A stretch of 64,000 nucleotides of DNA, taken from Coleofasciculus sp. B1-GNL1-01. Its GTDB lineage: Bacteria; Cyanobacteriota; Cyanobacteriia; Cyanobacteriales; Coleofasciculaceae. The stretch's first letter is position 1. Each line of letters starts with the position of its first letter. The notes under the pieces are model-generated. The model worked only from the letters and a program-made list of their open reading frames with translations, was not told the origin of the DNA and did not search any database. The stretch lies in the NCBI GenBank assembly GCA_040220235.1, contig JAVJTO010000075.1; one strand, 5' to 3'. Of this stretch, positions 8,784-19,284 are shown in pieces. Both the position numbers and the translations under genes were made by a program.

Positions 8784-9812
8784 CTACGCCGAATTTTCCA
8801 ACGCTGCAATGGGCAAAGATTCGGGAAATACTTCAGGAGAAAACATTTCCCATAACACTTGGAAATAGGGTAAAACAAGCGAAATTTGCTGCTGAGACAA
8901 ACGTTTCCCAAATTCTAGCCCTAACAGATGAATCATTTGCCGGACTAATTCCCACCCTACATTTAGAGTCGGGTAAAGCATCACACACAAGGGAAACAAT
9001 TCCTGTTGGATGGGCGCAATACTTTTTTCCAGAACACAAAGCCACAGGTAAATCTGGAACATTTCCACATCTCGAATACTAGAAGATTTCACCGTAGAAT
9101 CCACTAAGCTACCACTATGACAGTGATAGTGTGGATGTAAATCGCTAATTCGGGTAGCAATTTCTTGAGCAATTAATGCTTGCTCCGGTAATATTTTCCG
9201 TAGAGAAACCAGCGCTAATGATTGATGATCATAGTTGGCGGCAGTTTTGTATAGTCGTTGTAAGGGCATATACAGACAATCATCAATCACCTGGAAATAA
9301 ACACTCACTGTAGCTTGTTCTTGAGGTGACAGTGATTTCAGTAGTAACTGACCACTATAGTGAAACTGCATACTAACAAATGCAATCACTCTGGGATCAA
9401 TTGCTGTATAATTGTGTCGAATGCGACCTAAATCTGATGCTAAAAATAAACATAAACGTTCGGGGATGACTTGATCGGCATAAGCGAGCAATACTTTTTC
9501 ATAGATTGAGTAAGTATCTTTAGTAATTTGCCAAGGATCAATTAAGCGATAGTTAATACCTTGTCGCTTGATTTGTTGGCAGAGTAAGGCTTCGGTTTTT
9601 GTCCAAGCTTGAATCGTTACCGATCGCAAGGAATCAAGCAACCGCTGCGCTATAACAGCTCGTAACCCTGGAGAATTCGACTGCCACGTTTTGTCTGATG
9701 TACTGTGTTGTTGGACATACTTTTTTGCCCAGAGTTTGGATAGCTTTCTTGCCGTCGCGATCTTCACTGTCTGTGACTGCTGAGAATTACCTAGCTTATC
9801 CTTTATACTCAT
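8784..9812 (-). CDS. Conserved hypothetical protein with a phycobiliprotein/globin-like C-terminal half
   Basis: 342 aa ORF; SSIRDVEMFQIYL..CVLEKSIAPIQQEL...MLYPTLNV resembles the allophycocyanin segment CLRDLDYYLR...VTPIEE...EMYKSLG. Confidence 0.6.
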   Translation of the reverse strand: MSIKDKLGNSQQSQTVKIATARKLSKLWAKKYVQQHSTSDKTWQSNSPGLRAVIAQRLLDSLRSVTIQAWTKTEALLCQQIKRQGINYRLIDPWQITKDTYSIYEKVLLAYADQVIPERLCLFLASDLGRIRHNYTAIDPRVIAFVSMQFHYSGQLLLKSLSPQEQATVSVYFQVIDDCLYMPLQRLYKTAANYDHQSLALVSLRKILPEQALIAQEIATRISDLHPHYHCHSGSLVDSTVKSSSIRDVEMFQIYLWLCVLEKSIAPIQQELFPLCVMLYPTLNVGWELVRQMIHLLGLEFGKRLSQQQISLVLPYFQVLWEMFSPEVFPESLPIAALENSA

Positions 9813-9895
9813 TACACACCCCTGGTCTAGAACGTCGATGCAATCTGCAAAATGGCGGTAGCAATAAAGTCAACAGTAACAAAAAGGGTTGTTTA

Positions 9896-9909
9896 GTAGC
9901 TAATGTTAC
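9896..9909. promoter_or_regulatory. Candidate NtcA box upstream of 8784..9812
   Basis: GTA-GCTAATGT-TAC (TGTAACATTAGCTACT on the minus strand), 83 bp upstream of the ATG. Confidence 0.55.
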
Positions 9910-10127
9910 ATTTTTTGATTAAGTTGGATAACTAAATCGGTGTTCTAGCACGCTTGCTCACCCTTAGCTGCTTATTCCTTGCTTTCCAACTCTCTAATTA
10001 TCTACTCACCAGTCAAAGGATAGTCTTTTTTGAAAGAATTCTCAATAGTCATTTTATTTAGGGGGGAACAGGAAATGGGGGAGATGAGGTAACTAGGGCA
10101 ACAAATGACAAATGACAAATGACGAAA

Positions 10128-11036
10128 CTAAACTGAATGCTGGGCAATCCAATCCTGCAAAATAGGATTAACCACCTCAGGGGCTTCATCTTGGGGACAA
10201 TGACCTAAACCCTCTAAGGGGACAAATTGTTCCACGGCGGGAAAATTGACCCATTCTTTGGCTTCTGCGATGGGTTCCCAAGGATCATCGGTTCCCCACA
10301 AAATCAGTGTGGGACACTGTAACTGAGGTAATAAGTCTTCGGCTAGAGGTCCTGCGGAATAGCGGGTAAATGCGATAAACACATCAGCCGCCCCCACATC
10401 AGCTGCTGGTTTCATCAGCAAGTCTATTAATTCATCAGTCACTGCCTCGGATTTGCGATATGCTTGCAATAAAATTTTCCGCACTACCTGTGGCTTCGCC
10501 AGTTGAGCAAAAAAGAGCTGTCCTACCCACTTAATCCCCAGTAACTGTTGTACCATGGGAGCGCCGATGCGCCGATGCCAAGGTAATGTAACTCGTTTGC
10601 GATCGTGTAGCATCCGCAGGGAACAGTTGATCAGGGTAACGCCCAATACCCTATCTGGACAATCCACAGCCGCTTGCATCGCTACAATACAACCAATTGA
10701 ATTCCCCACCAAAAACGCTGGAGTCTCTACGACTTCCTGGCAGAAATCAAGGACTTGTTGTCCCCAGGTTTCAAAGGTATACTCCACCTCAAGTCCTGGT
10801 ATCGGTTTGGCAGAAGCACCAAAGCCAATTAAGTCAATGGCATAGCATCGACAGGATTCGGCTAATACGGGTAAATTCTTACGCCAATGTCCGCAAGACG
10901 CGCCAAAGCCATGCACCATCACTACCGCTGGTCCAGAATTGCCGTGGACTTGATAGGCAATGGGAAACCCGCGCCATGTCCAGATGTGAGTGTCGCTTTC
11001 AGGGCGTTTGGGTAGGGTGGAGGAGGGAAAGGTCAT
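10128..11036 (-). CDS. Alpha/beta fold hydrolase
   Basis: HGFGAS, DLIGFGAS, nucleophile GNSIG, WGTDD, GHCPQDE. Confidence 0.92.
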   Translation of the reverse strand: MTFPSSTLPKRPESDTHIWTWRGFPIAYQVHGNSGPAVVMVHGFGASCGHWRKNLPVLAESCRCYAIDLIGFGASAKPIPGLEVEYTFETWGQQVLDFCQEVVETPAFLVGNSIGCIVAMQAAVDCPDRVLGVTLINCSLRMLHDRKRVTLPWHRRIGAPMVQQLLGIKWVGQLFFAQLAKPQVVRKILLQAYRKSEAVTDELIDLLMKPAADVGAADVFIAFTRYSAGPLAEDLLPQLQCPTLILWGTDDPWEPIAEAKEWVNFPAVEQFVPLEGLGHCPQDEAPEVVNPILQDWIAQHSV

Positions 11037-11237
11037 GAGGATTCCAAGAGTACAGGTTTACTGTTTATATTTTGTAATAAATTAACTCAGACGTTCTGGC
11101 GGAATATCTCTACTTCTTCTCCAGCACTAACCCCTATGACTAGACTGACGTTCTAGAGACGCGCCATGGCAGGTCTCTACACTCAAAACTCGTCTTGTGT
11201 CAAAATTAACCTTAAGAAATTCTTTGGTGCGTCCCCT

Positions 11238-12146
11238 ATGTTGGTGCAAACGTCTGCTGCTGTTATCCCGTTCCTGGGATCGGAAATTCAGGCATCCTAC
11301 AAAGCGTCACGAGTGGTTATTTTGCCGATTCCCTACGAGGCAACCACAACCTATCGTAAAGGCACAGAAAATGGACCCGATGCGCTCTTGGAGGCGTCAA
11401 TCCAGCTTGAATACTACGATGATGAGTTGGAACGGGAAATCTGTAAAGATGCCAGGATTTATACCCATGGCGCGATCGCAGATACTAGAGGTGGACAACA
11501 GATTTCTGCCCAGACAATGCTTCGGGATACTCGCGACACCGTATCTGGGCTTATCGATGATGGTAAATTTGTGATTGCGATTGGGGGTGAACATAGCATT
11601 ACCACGGGACTTGTAGACGCCTACCGCCAAAGGAGTCACGAACCCTTTACCGTAGTACAAATAGACGCCCACGGAGATTTACGCCACGAATACGAAGGCT
11701 CAATTTATAACCACGCCTGTGTGATGCGTCGAATTGTGGACATGGGACTACCGACATTACCCGTCGCCATTCGCAGTCTTTGTCAAGAAGAAGCCGACTT
11801 AATTAAACAAAAATCTATCCCCGTAATTTGGGCGCGACACATTGCCCAAAATCCCCACTGGATAGAGGAAGCGATCGCGACTATCCCAACAGAGCGAGTA
11901 TTTATTACCATTGACTTAGATGGCATTGATCCGGCTTCAATGCCAGGGGTTGGCACTCCTGAACCGGGTGGGCTGCATTGGTATGCACTCCTAACCTTTT
12001 TGCGACGATTGTTTGAAACCCATCAGGTCATCGGTTGCGATGTAATGGAGTTGGCTCCTGTGGTTGATTCAGTGGTCTCCCAATTTACAGCCGCTAAACT
12101 GGTTTACAAACTCATCGGCTATCAAACTCTGGCACAAAGGTGGTAG
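11238..12146 (+). CDS. speB: Agmatinase
   Basis: GGEHSIT, QIDAHGDLR, DLDGIDP, GVGTPEPGG ureohydrolase motifs. Start ATG 11238 preferred. Confidence 0.9.
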   Translation: MLVQTSAAVIPFLGSEIQASYKASRVVILPIPYEATTTYRKGTENGPDALLEASIQLEYYDDELEREICKDARIYTHGAIADTRGGQQISAQTMLRDTRDTVSGLIDDGKFVIAIGGEHSITTGLVDAYRQRSHEPFTVVQIDAHGDLRHEYEGSIYNHACVMRRIVDMGLPTLPVAIRSLCQEEADLIKQKSIPVIWARHIAQNPHWIEEAIATIPTERVFITIDLDGIDPASMPGVGTPEPGGLHWYALLTFLRRLFETHQVIGCDVMELAPVVDSVVSQFTAAKLVYKLIGYQTLAQRW

Positions 12147-12245
12147 CGATGGCTGAAATTCACTGCCTGATCCAGGATGATCGGCAAAGGGGAACGGGAA
12201 AAAGGAAAAAACGAACACATTGTCAAACACACACCGTAACACGAT

Positions 12246-12800
12246 ATGAGTCTGAAGGAAAAACACGGCACACCCATTGGCAGTTATGCTCCCGATTTTG
12301 AGCTTTTAGGCACTGATAAGGATGTTCACCACCTATCCCGGTATCTAGAAAAGTGGCGAGGAGTGGTGGTAATTTTCTTGAGTAATAACTGTCCTGACTC
12401 TGCCGCTTATGTAGACAGACTCAAACAACTGCAAACCCGATTTCGGGAACAGGGATTTATCCTGATTGGCATTAACTCCAATGATGCTAACCAATCTCCC
12501 GAAGATAGTTTTGGTCAAATGCAGCAGTTTGCGAGTAGTAGAGGGTTGAATTTTCCTTACCTGTGGGACCCAACTCAGGACGTGGCACAAGGATTTGGCG
12601 CTTCAAAAACCCCAGAAGCCTTTGTGATTGATGGACAGGGAGTCTTGCGTTACAGGGGTCAAATTGACGATAATAGCCAACATCCCGAAGCTGTAAACGA
12701 AGCTTACGTCAAGAATGCGATCGCGGCTTTACTGGCTGGGGAAACAATCTCGCCCCAATCAACTCCCACCTTGGGTAGTCCCCTAGTATGGCGTCGCTAG
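12246..12800 (+). CDS. Thioredoxin-fold AhpC/TSA family protein
   Basis: APDFEL, SNNCP (first Cys of the usual CNHCP replaced by Ser), FPYLWD, TPEAFV, YRGQIDD. Confidence 0.85.
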   Translation: MSLKEKHGTPIGSYAPDFELLGTDKDVHHLSRYLEKWRGVVVIFLSNNCPDSAAYVDRLKQLQTRFREQGFILIGINSNDANQSPEDSFGQMQQFASSRGLNFPYLWDPTQDVAQGFGASKTPEAFVIDGQGVLRYRGQIDDNSQHPEAVNEAYVKNAIAALLAGETISPQSTPTLGSPLVWRR

Positions 12801-13029
12801 TGAACAGATAGAGCCAGAGCAGCGGAGAAGCTGGGGAGAATCAGTATTTGAAGTTACCTGGCACCAGCAATAGTTAACTGGAACTCGTGAATACCATAAG
12901 AATTCGTATTTTAGCACCACGGGTGTTAACAAGAATCAAAGTTCGTTCAAGTCACAGCACTCTGTCAGAATAATCGGTAGACTGTTATCGTATGGGCAAG
13001 GCAATAGTCAAGAAAGAAAGAGTCGTAGC

Positions 13030-13758
13030 ATGGGGATGAAATACCGACGGGTTTTACTAAAAGTGAGCGGTGAAGCCTTGATGGGCAAACTGAGCTACGG
13101 CATTGATCCAGGAGTCGTTCAGGACATCGCTGCTGAAATCGCCGAAGTCGTGGCAAGTGGCATCCAAATGGCAATCGTCGTCGGTGGTGGCAATATTTTT
13201 CGCGGTTTGAAAGCGGCTGCTGGCGGAATGGATCGGGCAACGGGTGATTATATTGGTATGATTGCCACAGTCATGAATGCCATGACTCTACAAGATGCCT
13301 TAGAGCAAATGGGAATACCTACCCGTGTGCAAACCGCGATCGCGATGCAAGAAGTGGCAGAACCCTATATCCGTCGTCGTGCCATTCGTCACCTGGAAAA
13401 AGGGCGAGTGGTAATTTTTGGTGCAGGTTCAGGGAATCCCTTTTTCACCACGGACACAACAGCGGCTTTGCGAGCCGCCGAAATTGATGCGGAAGTGATC
13501 TTTAAAGCCACGAAAGTCGATGGGATTTATGATTGTGATCCCCAACTAAATCCCCAGGCTCGCCGCTATCACACGCTGTCCTATAACTATGTCCTCGCTC
13601 AGGATCTGCGGGTAATGGATAGTACCGCGATCGCTTTATGTAAGGAAAATAATATCCCAATTATGGTATTTGATTTGACAGGGCGGGGTAATATCCGCCG
13701 TGCTGTTCAAGGAGAATCTGTCGGAACAATTGTGGGAGGTTTTTGTGAAGTTAGCTGA
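13030..13758 (+). CDS. pyrH: UMP kinase
   Basis: [34 protein letters not shown]. Confidence 0.98.
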   Translation: MGMKYRRVLLKVSGEALMGKLSYGIDPGVVQDIAAEIAEVVASGIQMAIVVGGGNIFRGLKAAAGGMDRATGDYIGMIATVMNAMTLQDALEQMGIPTRVQTAIAMQEVAEPYIRRRAIRHLEKGRVVIFGAGSGNPFFTTDTTAALRAAEIDAEVIFKATKVDGIYDCDPQLNPQARRYHTLSYNYVLAQDLRVMDSTAIALCKENNIPIMVFDLTGRGNIRRAVQGESVGTIVGGFCEVS

Positions 13759-14293
13759 CGCTGAAAGCCAAATGAAGAAAGCCGTTGAAGCAACGCAACG
13801 GGGTTTCAATACCATTCGTACCGGTCGGGCGAATGCGAGTCTGTTGGATCGAGTAATGGTGGAATACTATGGTAGTCCCACCCCCCTGAAGTCTCTGGCA
13901 AGCATTAATACGCCAGATGCTACCACGATTACGATTCAACCCTATGACAAGAGTACGCTGACTCTGATTGAAAAATCGATTTCCTTATCGGATATCGGCT
14001 TAACCCCCAATAATGACGGTCAAGTCGTGCGATTGAATATTCCCCCCTTAACCAGTGAACGCCGCCAGGAATTTGTGAAGATGGCGGGTAAGTTAGCGGA
14101 GGAAGGGAAAGTTTCTATCCGGAATATTCGTCGTGATGCGGTTGACTCGGTTCGTAAACAGGAGAAAAGTAGCGAAATTTCTGAAGATGAATCTCGTGAT
14201 CTGCAAGATCAGATTCAGCAATTGACGGACAAGTACACAGCTAAAATTGATGATTTGTTAGCGGCAAAAGAGAAGGACATTACCACAGTTTAA
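13745..14293 (+). CDS. frr: Ribosome recycling factor
   Basis: [31 protein letters not shown] start overlapping the pyrH end. Confidence 0.97.
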   Translation: MKLADAESQMKKAVEATQRGFNTIRTGRANASLLDRVMVEYYGSPTPLKSLASINTPDATTITIQPYDKSTLTLIEKSISLSDIGLTPNNDGQVVRLNIPPLTSERRQEFVKMAGKLAEEGKVSIRNIRRDAVDSVRKQEKSSEISEDESRDLQDQIQQLTDKYTAKIDDLLAAKEKDITTV

Positions 14294-14588
14294 AGGTGGC
14301 GGCAACATCCCATTGAGGTAAAGTTGCAGCAGTAGGGCGGGCATCTTGCCCGCTTCTCCAGTTTGATAGGGGAGATGGGGGAGATGGGAATTGTAGGGGT
14401 TTGGTCTCCAAACCCCATTTCATAAGTAGGGGAAGATGGGGAAGGAAAGGACGGAGGAGGAATGACCAATGACCAATGACCAATGACCAATTCCTCAGTT
14501 TCTTGGTAAACTATGTCAGAGGTTTAAACTAAATATCACAGTAATACCTCCTAACCGCACTCATGAGTTTCTTAATCCATAAAGCCTA

Positions 14589-15713
14589 ATGTTTGACTGC
14601 ATTATTGTTGGGGCAGGTCCTGCTGGAGCAACCGCCGCCTACCACCTCGCCAAGCGAGGGCGTTCGGTACTGATTCTAGAAAAAGATTCTTTACCCCGAT
14701 ACAAGCCCTGTAGTGGTGGTGTGTCCCCAAGCGTGCAACAGTGGTTTGATTTTGATCTTGCACCTGCGATCGCACTCAATGTAAGCCGAGTTCGCTACAC
14801 CTGGCAAATGGATGATCCGGTGGAGGTCAATCTCAAAAAACAAAAACCCGTCTGGATGGTACAGCGAGATGTTTTTGACCAGTTTTTAATCGAACAGACA
14901 AAAGAGCAAGGCGCTCAACTGCAAGACCAAACCACTGTCACGGGTATTGAATTTAAAGGCGATCGCTGGCAGGTTAACACAACCAATGAACCGATGGCAG
15001 CCCGGTATCTGATCGCGGCGGATGGTGCCAATGGTCCTATGGCAAAATGGTTAGGCTTTAAAGATCGTCCCCAACGGATGGCGGTGACGCTAGAAGCCCC
15101 CAATCCCGCCCCCACAAGCAGTGACCCGACGATCCATTTTGACTTTGGGCAAGTGAAAAATGGCTACATCTGGAATTTTCCAAAAACCGATAGCTATTCG
15201 GTTAGTGTGGGGACGTTTAAGGGGAATGACAAGCAAGATTTACAAAAGATAGGCACGAAGTATATTCAGCAACTCAATATTGATCCGAAACTCTGTCAAG
15301 TTCACAGTCATCCCATGTGTCTGTGGGATGGAAACCAAAAGTTACATGGGCAAAACGCGCTGTTGGTTGGGGATACCGCTTGTTTGGCTGATCCGTTTAC
15401 GGCTGAAGGTATTCGTCCCTCTATCTTTAGTGGCGTGAAAGCGGCGGAGGCAATTGATGCAGCTTTAGGCGGTAAAACCAATGCTTTAACCCACTATACC
15501 CAGGTGATTCAGGACGAATGGGGTAACGAGATGGTTTGGGCGAAACGGTTAGCTGGTGCTTTCTATGGTTTTCCGAAAATCGGCTATAAGGTAGGTGTGA
15601 AGAGACCTTCAGCGACTCTGATTATGCTGCAAATTTTATGCGGGGAATTGAAGTATTCAGAGGTGGCAGGTTTGGCAATTAAACGTTTGAGTGGCGGATT
15701 CTTCTCACGGTAG
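14589..15713 (+). CDS. Geranylgeranyl reductase family FAD oxidoreductase
   Basis: GAGPAG, PRYKPC, AADGA, GD.A.LADPFTAEGIR. Confidence 0.88.
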   Translation: MFDCIIVGAGPAGATAAYHLAKRGRSVLILEKDSLPRYKPCSGGVSPSVQQWFDFDLAPAIALNVSRVRYTWQMDDPVEVNLKKQKPVWMVQRDVFDQFLIEQTKEQGAQLQDQTTVTGIEFKGDRWQVNTTNEPMAARYLIAADGANGPMAKWLGFKDRPQRMAVTLEAPNPAPTSSDPTIHFDFGQVKNGYIWNFPKTDSYSVSVGTFKGNDKQDLQKIGTKYIQQLNIDPKLCQVHSHPMCLWDGNQKLHGQNALLVGDTACLADPFTAEGIRPSIFSGVKAAEAIDAALGGKTNALTHYTQVIQDEWGNEMVWAKRLAGAFYGFPKIGYKVGVKRPSATLIMLQILCGELKYSEVAGLAIKRLSGGFFSR

Positions 15714-15949
15714 GGTTGTCATTTGTCATTTGTCATTCGTCATACTCGTTCCCGAAAAGAAGCCAGCTAAATCATTTGTGGAAATATACCGTAGGGTGGG
15801 TTTCGACTTCGCTCAACCCACCCAAATTCAAAATCTCACGGTCAGTGATCCGTGAGATTTCGTTACCTCGAAAGAGTTTTATGAGAAAAGTCCAGCTAAG
15901 TTATGCAAATCTCTATCTTGAGAGGCTGCATATCTTAGAAAGTGAAGCG

Positions 15950-16150
15950 TTAGCTTAGAGAAGCACGACTGCGATCATAGCTAGTCCGGAAACCAGAATT
16001 GGGTTTGCCTTGAATTGAATCCCAGTGGTTGATGTTATCAACATCTAAACCGACTTCATTAGCTGCTCTATTGAGCATCGATTGTTGTCTGTTCTTGACG
16101 GCGTGGTGATGACGCATCATTAATGCTCTGGCTTGTTCTTGAGTAGACAT
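15950..16150 (-). CDS. gifA: Glutamine synthetase inactivating factor IF7, copy 2
   Basis: MSTQEQARALMMRHHHAVKNRQQSMLNRAANEVG is the IF7 signature. Confidence 0.9.
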   Translation of the reverse strand: MSTQEQARALMMRHHHAVKNRQQSMLNRAANEVGLDVDNINHWDSIQGKPNSGFRTSYDRSRASLS

Positions 16151-16223
16151 CTGTATATCCTCCGATTGCTTTAGTGAGATTTGATTGAGTTTTTCCTTAT
16201 CTCTTAGAACTTTAAAACATTGT

Positions 16224-16424
16224 TTAGCTTAAGGAAGCACGACTGCGATCATAGCTAGTCCGGAAACCAGAATTGGGTTTGCCTTGAATTAAATCCCAAT
16301 AGTTGACGTTATCAACATCGAAACCGACTTCGTTAGCTGCTCTATTGAGCATCGATTGTTGCCTGTTCTTGACGGCGTGATGGTGACGCATCATTAATGC
16401 TCTGGCTTGTTCTTGAGTAGACAT
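16224..16424 (-). CDS. gifA: Glutamine synthetase inactivating factor IF7, copy 1
   Basis: Near-identical paralog of 15950..16150 (4 amino-acid differences), promoter-proximal. Confidence 0.9.
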   Translation of the reverse strand: MSTQEQARALMMRHHHAVKNRQQSMLNRAANEVGFDVDNVNYWDLIQGKPNSGFRTSYDRSRASLS

Positions 16425-16480
16425 TTGTGTATCCTCCGATTGCTTTAGTGATATTTGACTGAATTTTTCCTTACAAAATA

Positions 16481-16513
16481 ACTATAACAGATAATTTCTG
16501 TAACAAACACTAC
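16481..16513 (-). promoter_or_regulatory. gifA promoter with NtcA box in a repressing position
   Basis: GTA-ACAAACAC-TAC at 16500-16513 inside TTCTGTA..TACAGAA; extended -10 TGtTATAGT (hexamer 16481-16486) 13 nt downstream on the minus strand. gifA is an established NtcA-repressed gene. Confidence 0.85.
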
Positions 16514-16659
16514 AGAATTGCTTTATTTACAAAACTTAATGTCAAAATTTAAACACATAAGCGGCTCTGACAGACAAGTTGTCTGATCACTAAGACAAGT
16601 TAAGCTAGATCACAGCCAAGGGTACGGGGGTGGGGAAAAACTCTTCGCTTTGTTAAGTA

Positions 16660-16830
16660 GGGGCTGCTGAATAAGTTTTGTGGTGAGGGGAGGGAACAGG
16701 GAACAGGGAACAGGGAACAGGGAACAGTAAAGACTTGATTCTTCGCTGCGCTCAAGGGCATAGTTTGAAATTAATTCCTTATCTCCCCCAGCTCCCCCAG
16801 CTCCCCCAGCTCCCCCAGCTTCCCTTGCTT
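16660..16830. repeat. MITE-end fragment followed by (GGGAACA)n and (CTCCCCCAG)n arrays
   Basis: GGGGCTGCTGAATAAG end matching the 24052-24265 element; five GGGAACA units; CTCCCCCAG nonamers. Nonamers also occur near 27462-27510, 47317-47360 and 60855-60908. Confidence 0.7.
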
Positions 16831-16851
16831 CCCCTGCTCCTCTCCTCTTGT

Positions 16852-19062
16852 CTACTCCTCTGGAGAAGATGGCTCAGATTCAGGCAGAATGCGGACACGG
16901 GCAAATTTGAGTCCTGTGATTCCTTGCAATTTTTCCACCGTGCTGGATTCGATATGGGAATCAACCCAACCTTCACGGGCGAGGAAGCGTAAGTATTGTT
17001 GATATTCTGTCCACTCCGTTTGGCTGGAATAGACGATAGTCAACATCCCTGGTTGGGTGATGCGAGTTTGGGTGGTAGCGTCGAGGGCTTTATCAATCCG
17101 TTTTTTAACGATTTCGTAGCGGGTGTCACGGGTGCTGCTGCGTAAATCGAAGATTTTTTCCGTTTGTTCGTCGTGGAAAATATCAACCGTGGTTTCCTGG
17201 ACTAATACTAGATGAGTGACTTGTAAGGGTGTGTCAAAGCGATCGCGCATTTGAAAACAGGTTCTAGCACAGTCACAGATTGCCCGTAGCTGTTCGTAGC
17301 GCAGACAATGGAGATGGAATACAGTAAACTGCGCGTTAATCGAAGCTCCAACATAGATCATGTGATCAATCCCATCAGTGAGTTCGTGATCACAGTAGTG
17401 GGGGATAATCTGCTGCATCCGCACTTGCCATCGTTCCAAAGTTTGGCGCAGTTGTTCGTTAATCTCATAAATCATCCGATCATAGCGATCGCGTGCGGTA
17501 TAAATACATTCATGAGGATTGTCGCACGCTTGTTTATAGGCATTTACCGCGTCAACCGCCGCGTCGCCACAGTCTTGGAAATATTCAAAATAAATTTCCA
17601 GATGATCCTTTAAGTATTTAATCGCTGTCACCTCTTCATCCACCGTCACTCCCTTGTCTAACCGTTCAATATAAGCGGACAAATCCAGGCGCAATTGTTG
17701 CAACAAGGGCAGCGGTTGGGATTGGTTCGCCGCATCCACTATCGCCATTGCCAAATTAAACTGGCTGAGTAAATCGGCTTGGATTGCCCGATTTCGTTCA
17801 TTCGACGAACCCCGAATATCGGAAATCCCATACATGGGATGGACATCCGTAAACACAATCGGTTCTGGGGGAAGTCCCCAACTGCGGCGTTCCGCTTCTT
17901 CCAGAAACCGCCATTCTACGGCGGGATGGATATGATTAAATTGACTTTGAGCTGCTTGACGCAGGGCGGCGGTTAAGGCGGGGATTAAGGCGCAAGCATG
18001 GTTGATATCCAGGGAATCAAAATTATCCGCCTGATCACTGGTTAACCCTACCATTCCCATCAAATTTTGGCTGGGGGTTTCAGCGTCAGCCGCCGAAACG
18101 GTGAGGGGAATCAGTAAGAGGGAACGAGTACCTTGGTTGAACAAGGCTTGCTCACATTCCGTTTGACAATGACTCTCTAAATTGGCGACAATCCAAACCT
18201 GATTCGCTTGGGCGGCGGCTTGGAAATGGGAACCTTTCAAAGAATCCCAGGTATAGACTTCGGTTTGGATCAATTGGTCATTTTCGCTGGTGAACAGTTT
18301 TACCTCTTGGCGCTTCACCCGCAACAACAGAATCTGATCAGCGCGAAACAGCGATCGCATTTTTTGATCGAACTGGCGAAACTTCTCAGAACGCAATAGG
18401 GAGTCACGTTCAACCAGGAGGCTAATCAGTTGTCGAATTGTTTCTTGGTGGGTAATATCTAATCCTTCCCACAAAAGCTGACCCCTAACCCGATAATTCT
18501 CTAAATTTAAACGTTGTTCCCAGATGGGATTAAGGATAATTTGTCGAATCGGTTGTTGGCAGAAATCGATATCCGAAAATTCATCAAGTTCTGGATTAAT
18601 CCGTTCAACCGTTAAATGTTGAGAACGCAGCCAAAATTGCACACAATGGGGTTCGGAATCGGAGGAATTATCGAGAGTCGCGATAACAGGTTCATCTAAA
18701 AAGCGCCATTGGCTATGATTAATTTTATATACATCTCGTAATATTAGTGCCAGTAAATGACGCCGATATAACTGTTCGAGGGTTTTAGCATCAACGTTTA
18801 TAAATAAATCAAATAGGTGAATACCCTGGTGTTGTAAGTTCCCCGTGGGAGCATCAATCCCGGTTAAGCGGCAAAAGGCATGATTGGCATAATACAGAGC
18901 GAAGTTCCCCGGCTCAACCCACGCCATCAACAGTTTGCTATGGTGCTGAAAACGCGCCAACCAATCATGATTTCCCGAATTCGCCTGATTTGTCATCGTT
19001 ATGCGATCGCTAAATGTTGATTCATCCGTTACGGGTTGAGAATAGGAGTTAGAGTTAGACAT
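16852..19062 (-). CDS. GAF-domain protein with a PAS-like N-terminus and an uncharacterised conserved C-terminal domain
   Basis: YANHAFCRLTG (PAS-like), GTRSLLLIPL...GMVGL (GAF), then IHPAVEWRF, SDIRGSS, TDGIDHMIYVG, RYEIVKKRIDKA. Start ATG 19062 preferred. Confidence 0.75.
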   Translation of the reverse strand: MSNSNSYSQPVTDESTFSDRITMTNQANSGNHDWLARFQHHSKLLMAWVEPGNFALYYANHAFCRLTGIDAPTGNLQHQGIHLFDLFINVDAKTLEQLYRRHLLALILRDVYKINHSQWRFLDEPVIATLDNSSDSEPHCVQFWLRSQHLTVERINPELDEFSDIDFCQQPIRQIILNPIWEQRLNLENYRVRGQLLWEGLDITHQETIRQLISLLVERDSLLRSEKFRQFDQKMRSLFRADQILLLRVKRQEVKLFTSENDQLIQTEVYTWDSLKGSHFQAAAQANQVWIVANLESHCQTECEQALFNQGTRSLLLIPLTVSAADAETPSQNLMGMVGLTSDQADNFDSLDINHACALIPALTAALRQAAQSQFNHIHPAVEWRFLEEAERRSWGLPPEPIVFTDVHPMYGISDIRGSSNERNRAIQADLLSQFNLAMAIVDAANQSQPLPLLQQLRLDLSAYIERLDKGVTVDEEVTAIKYLKDHLEIYFEYFQDCGDAAVDAVNAYKQACDNPHECIYTARDRYDRMIYEINEQLRQTLERWQVRMQQIIPHYCDHELTDGIDHMIYVGASINAQFTVFHLHCLRYEQLRAICDCARTCFQMRDRFDTPLQVTHLVLVQETTVDIFHDEQTEKIFDLRSSTRDTRYEIVKKRIDKALDATTQTRITQPGMLTIVYSSQTEWTEYQQYLRFLAREGWVDSHIESSTVEKLQGITGLKFARVRILPESEPSSPEE

Positions 19063-19284
19063 CGCAGGCGGGTTAACCTCCGGGGAATTGTCGGGAATGG
19101 AGTGTCGGTTGTTGTGCCACATCAGGGGAAAAGGGTGATGAAACCATAAGCCGTTTTTCCATTTGATCACAGAATTTAAAACTTGACAAGTGAAGCGAAA
19201 TATAGGCTTAAAATTTTGCAAAAATTTTCTCATAAACCACTTGTCATGAGTCACGCTTAACGTAAGCCCCAACGAAACCTCATC

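Noticed and set aside
12246..12800. SxxC instead of CxxC as a novel activity
   Set aside because: Single-Cys variants are common in this family and nothing else supports novelty.
16735..16992. ORFs with LPQLPQ or GSWGSW repeats (also 14280-14490, 27350-27541, 47173-47434)
   Set aside because: Translations of non-coding STRR and nonamer repeats.
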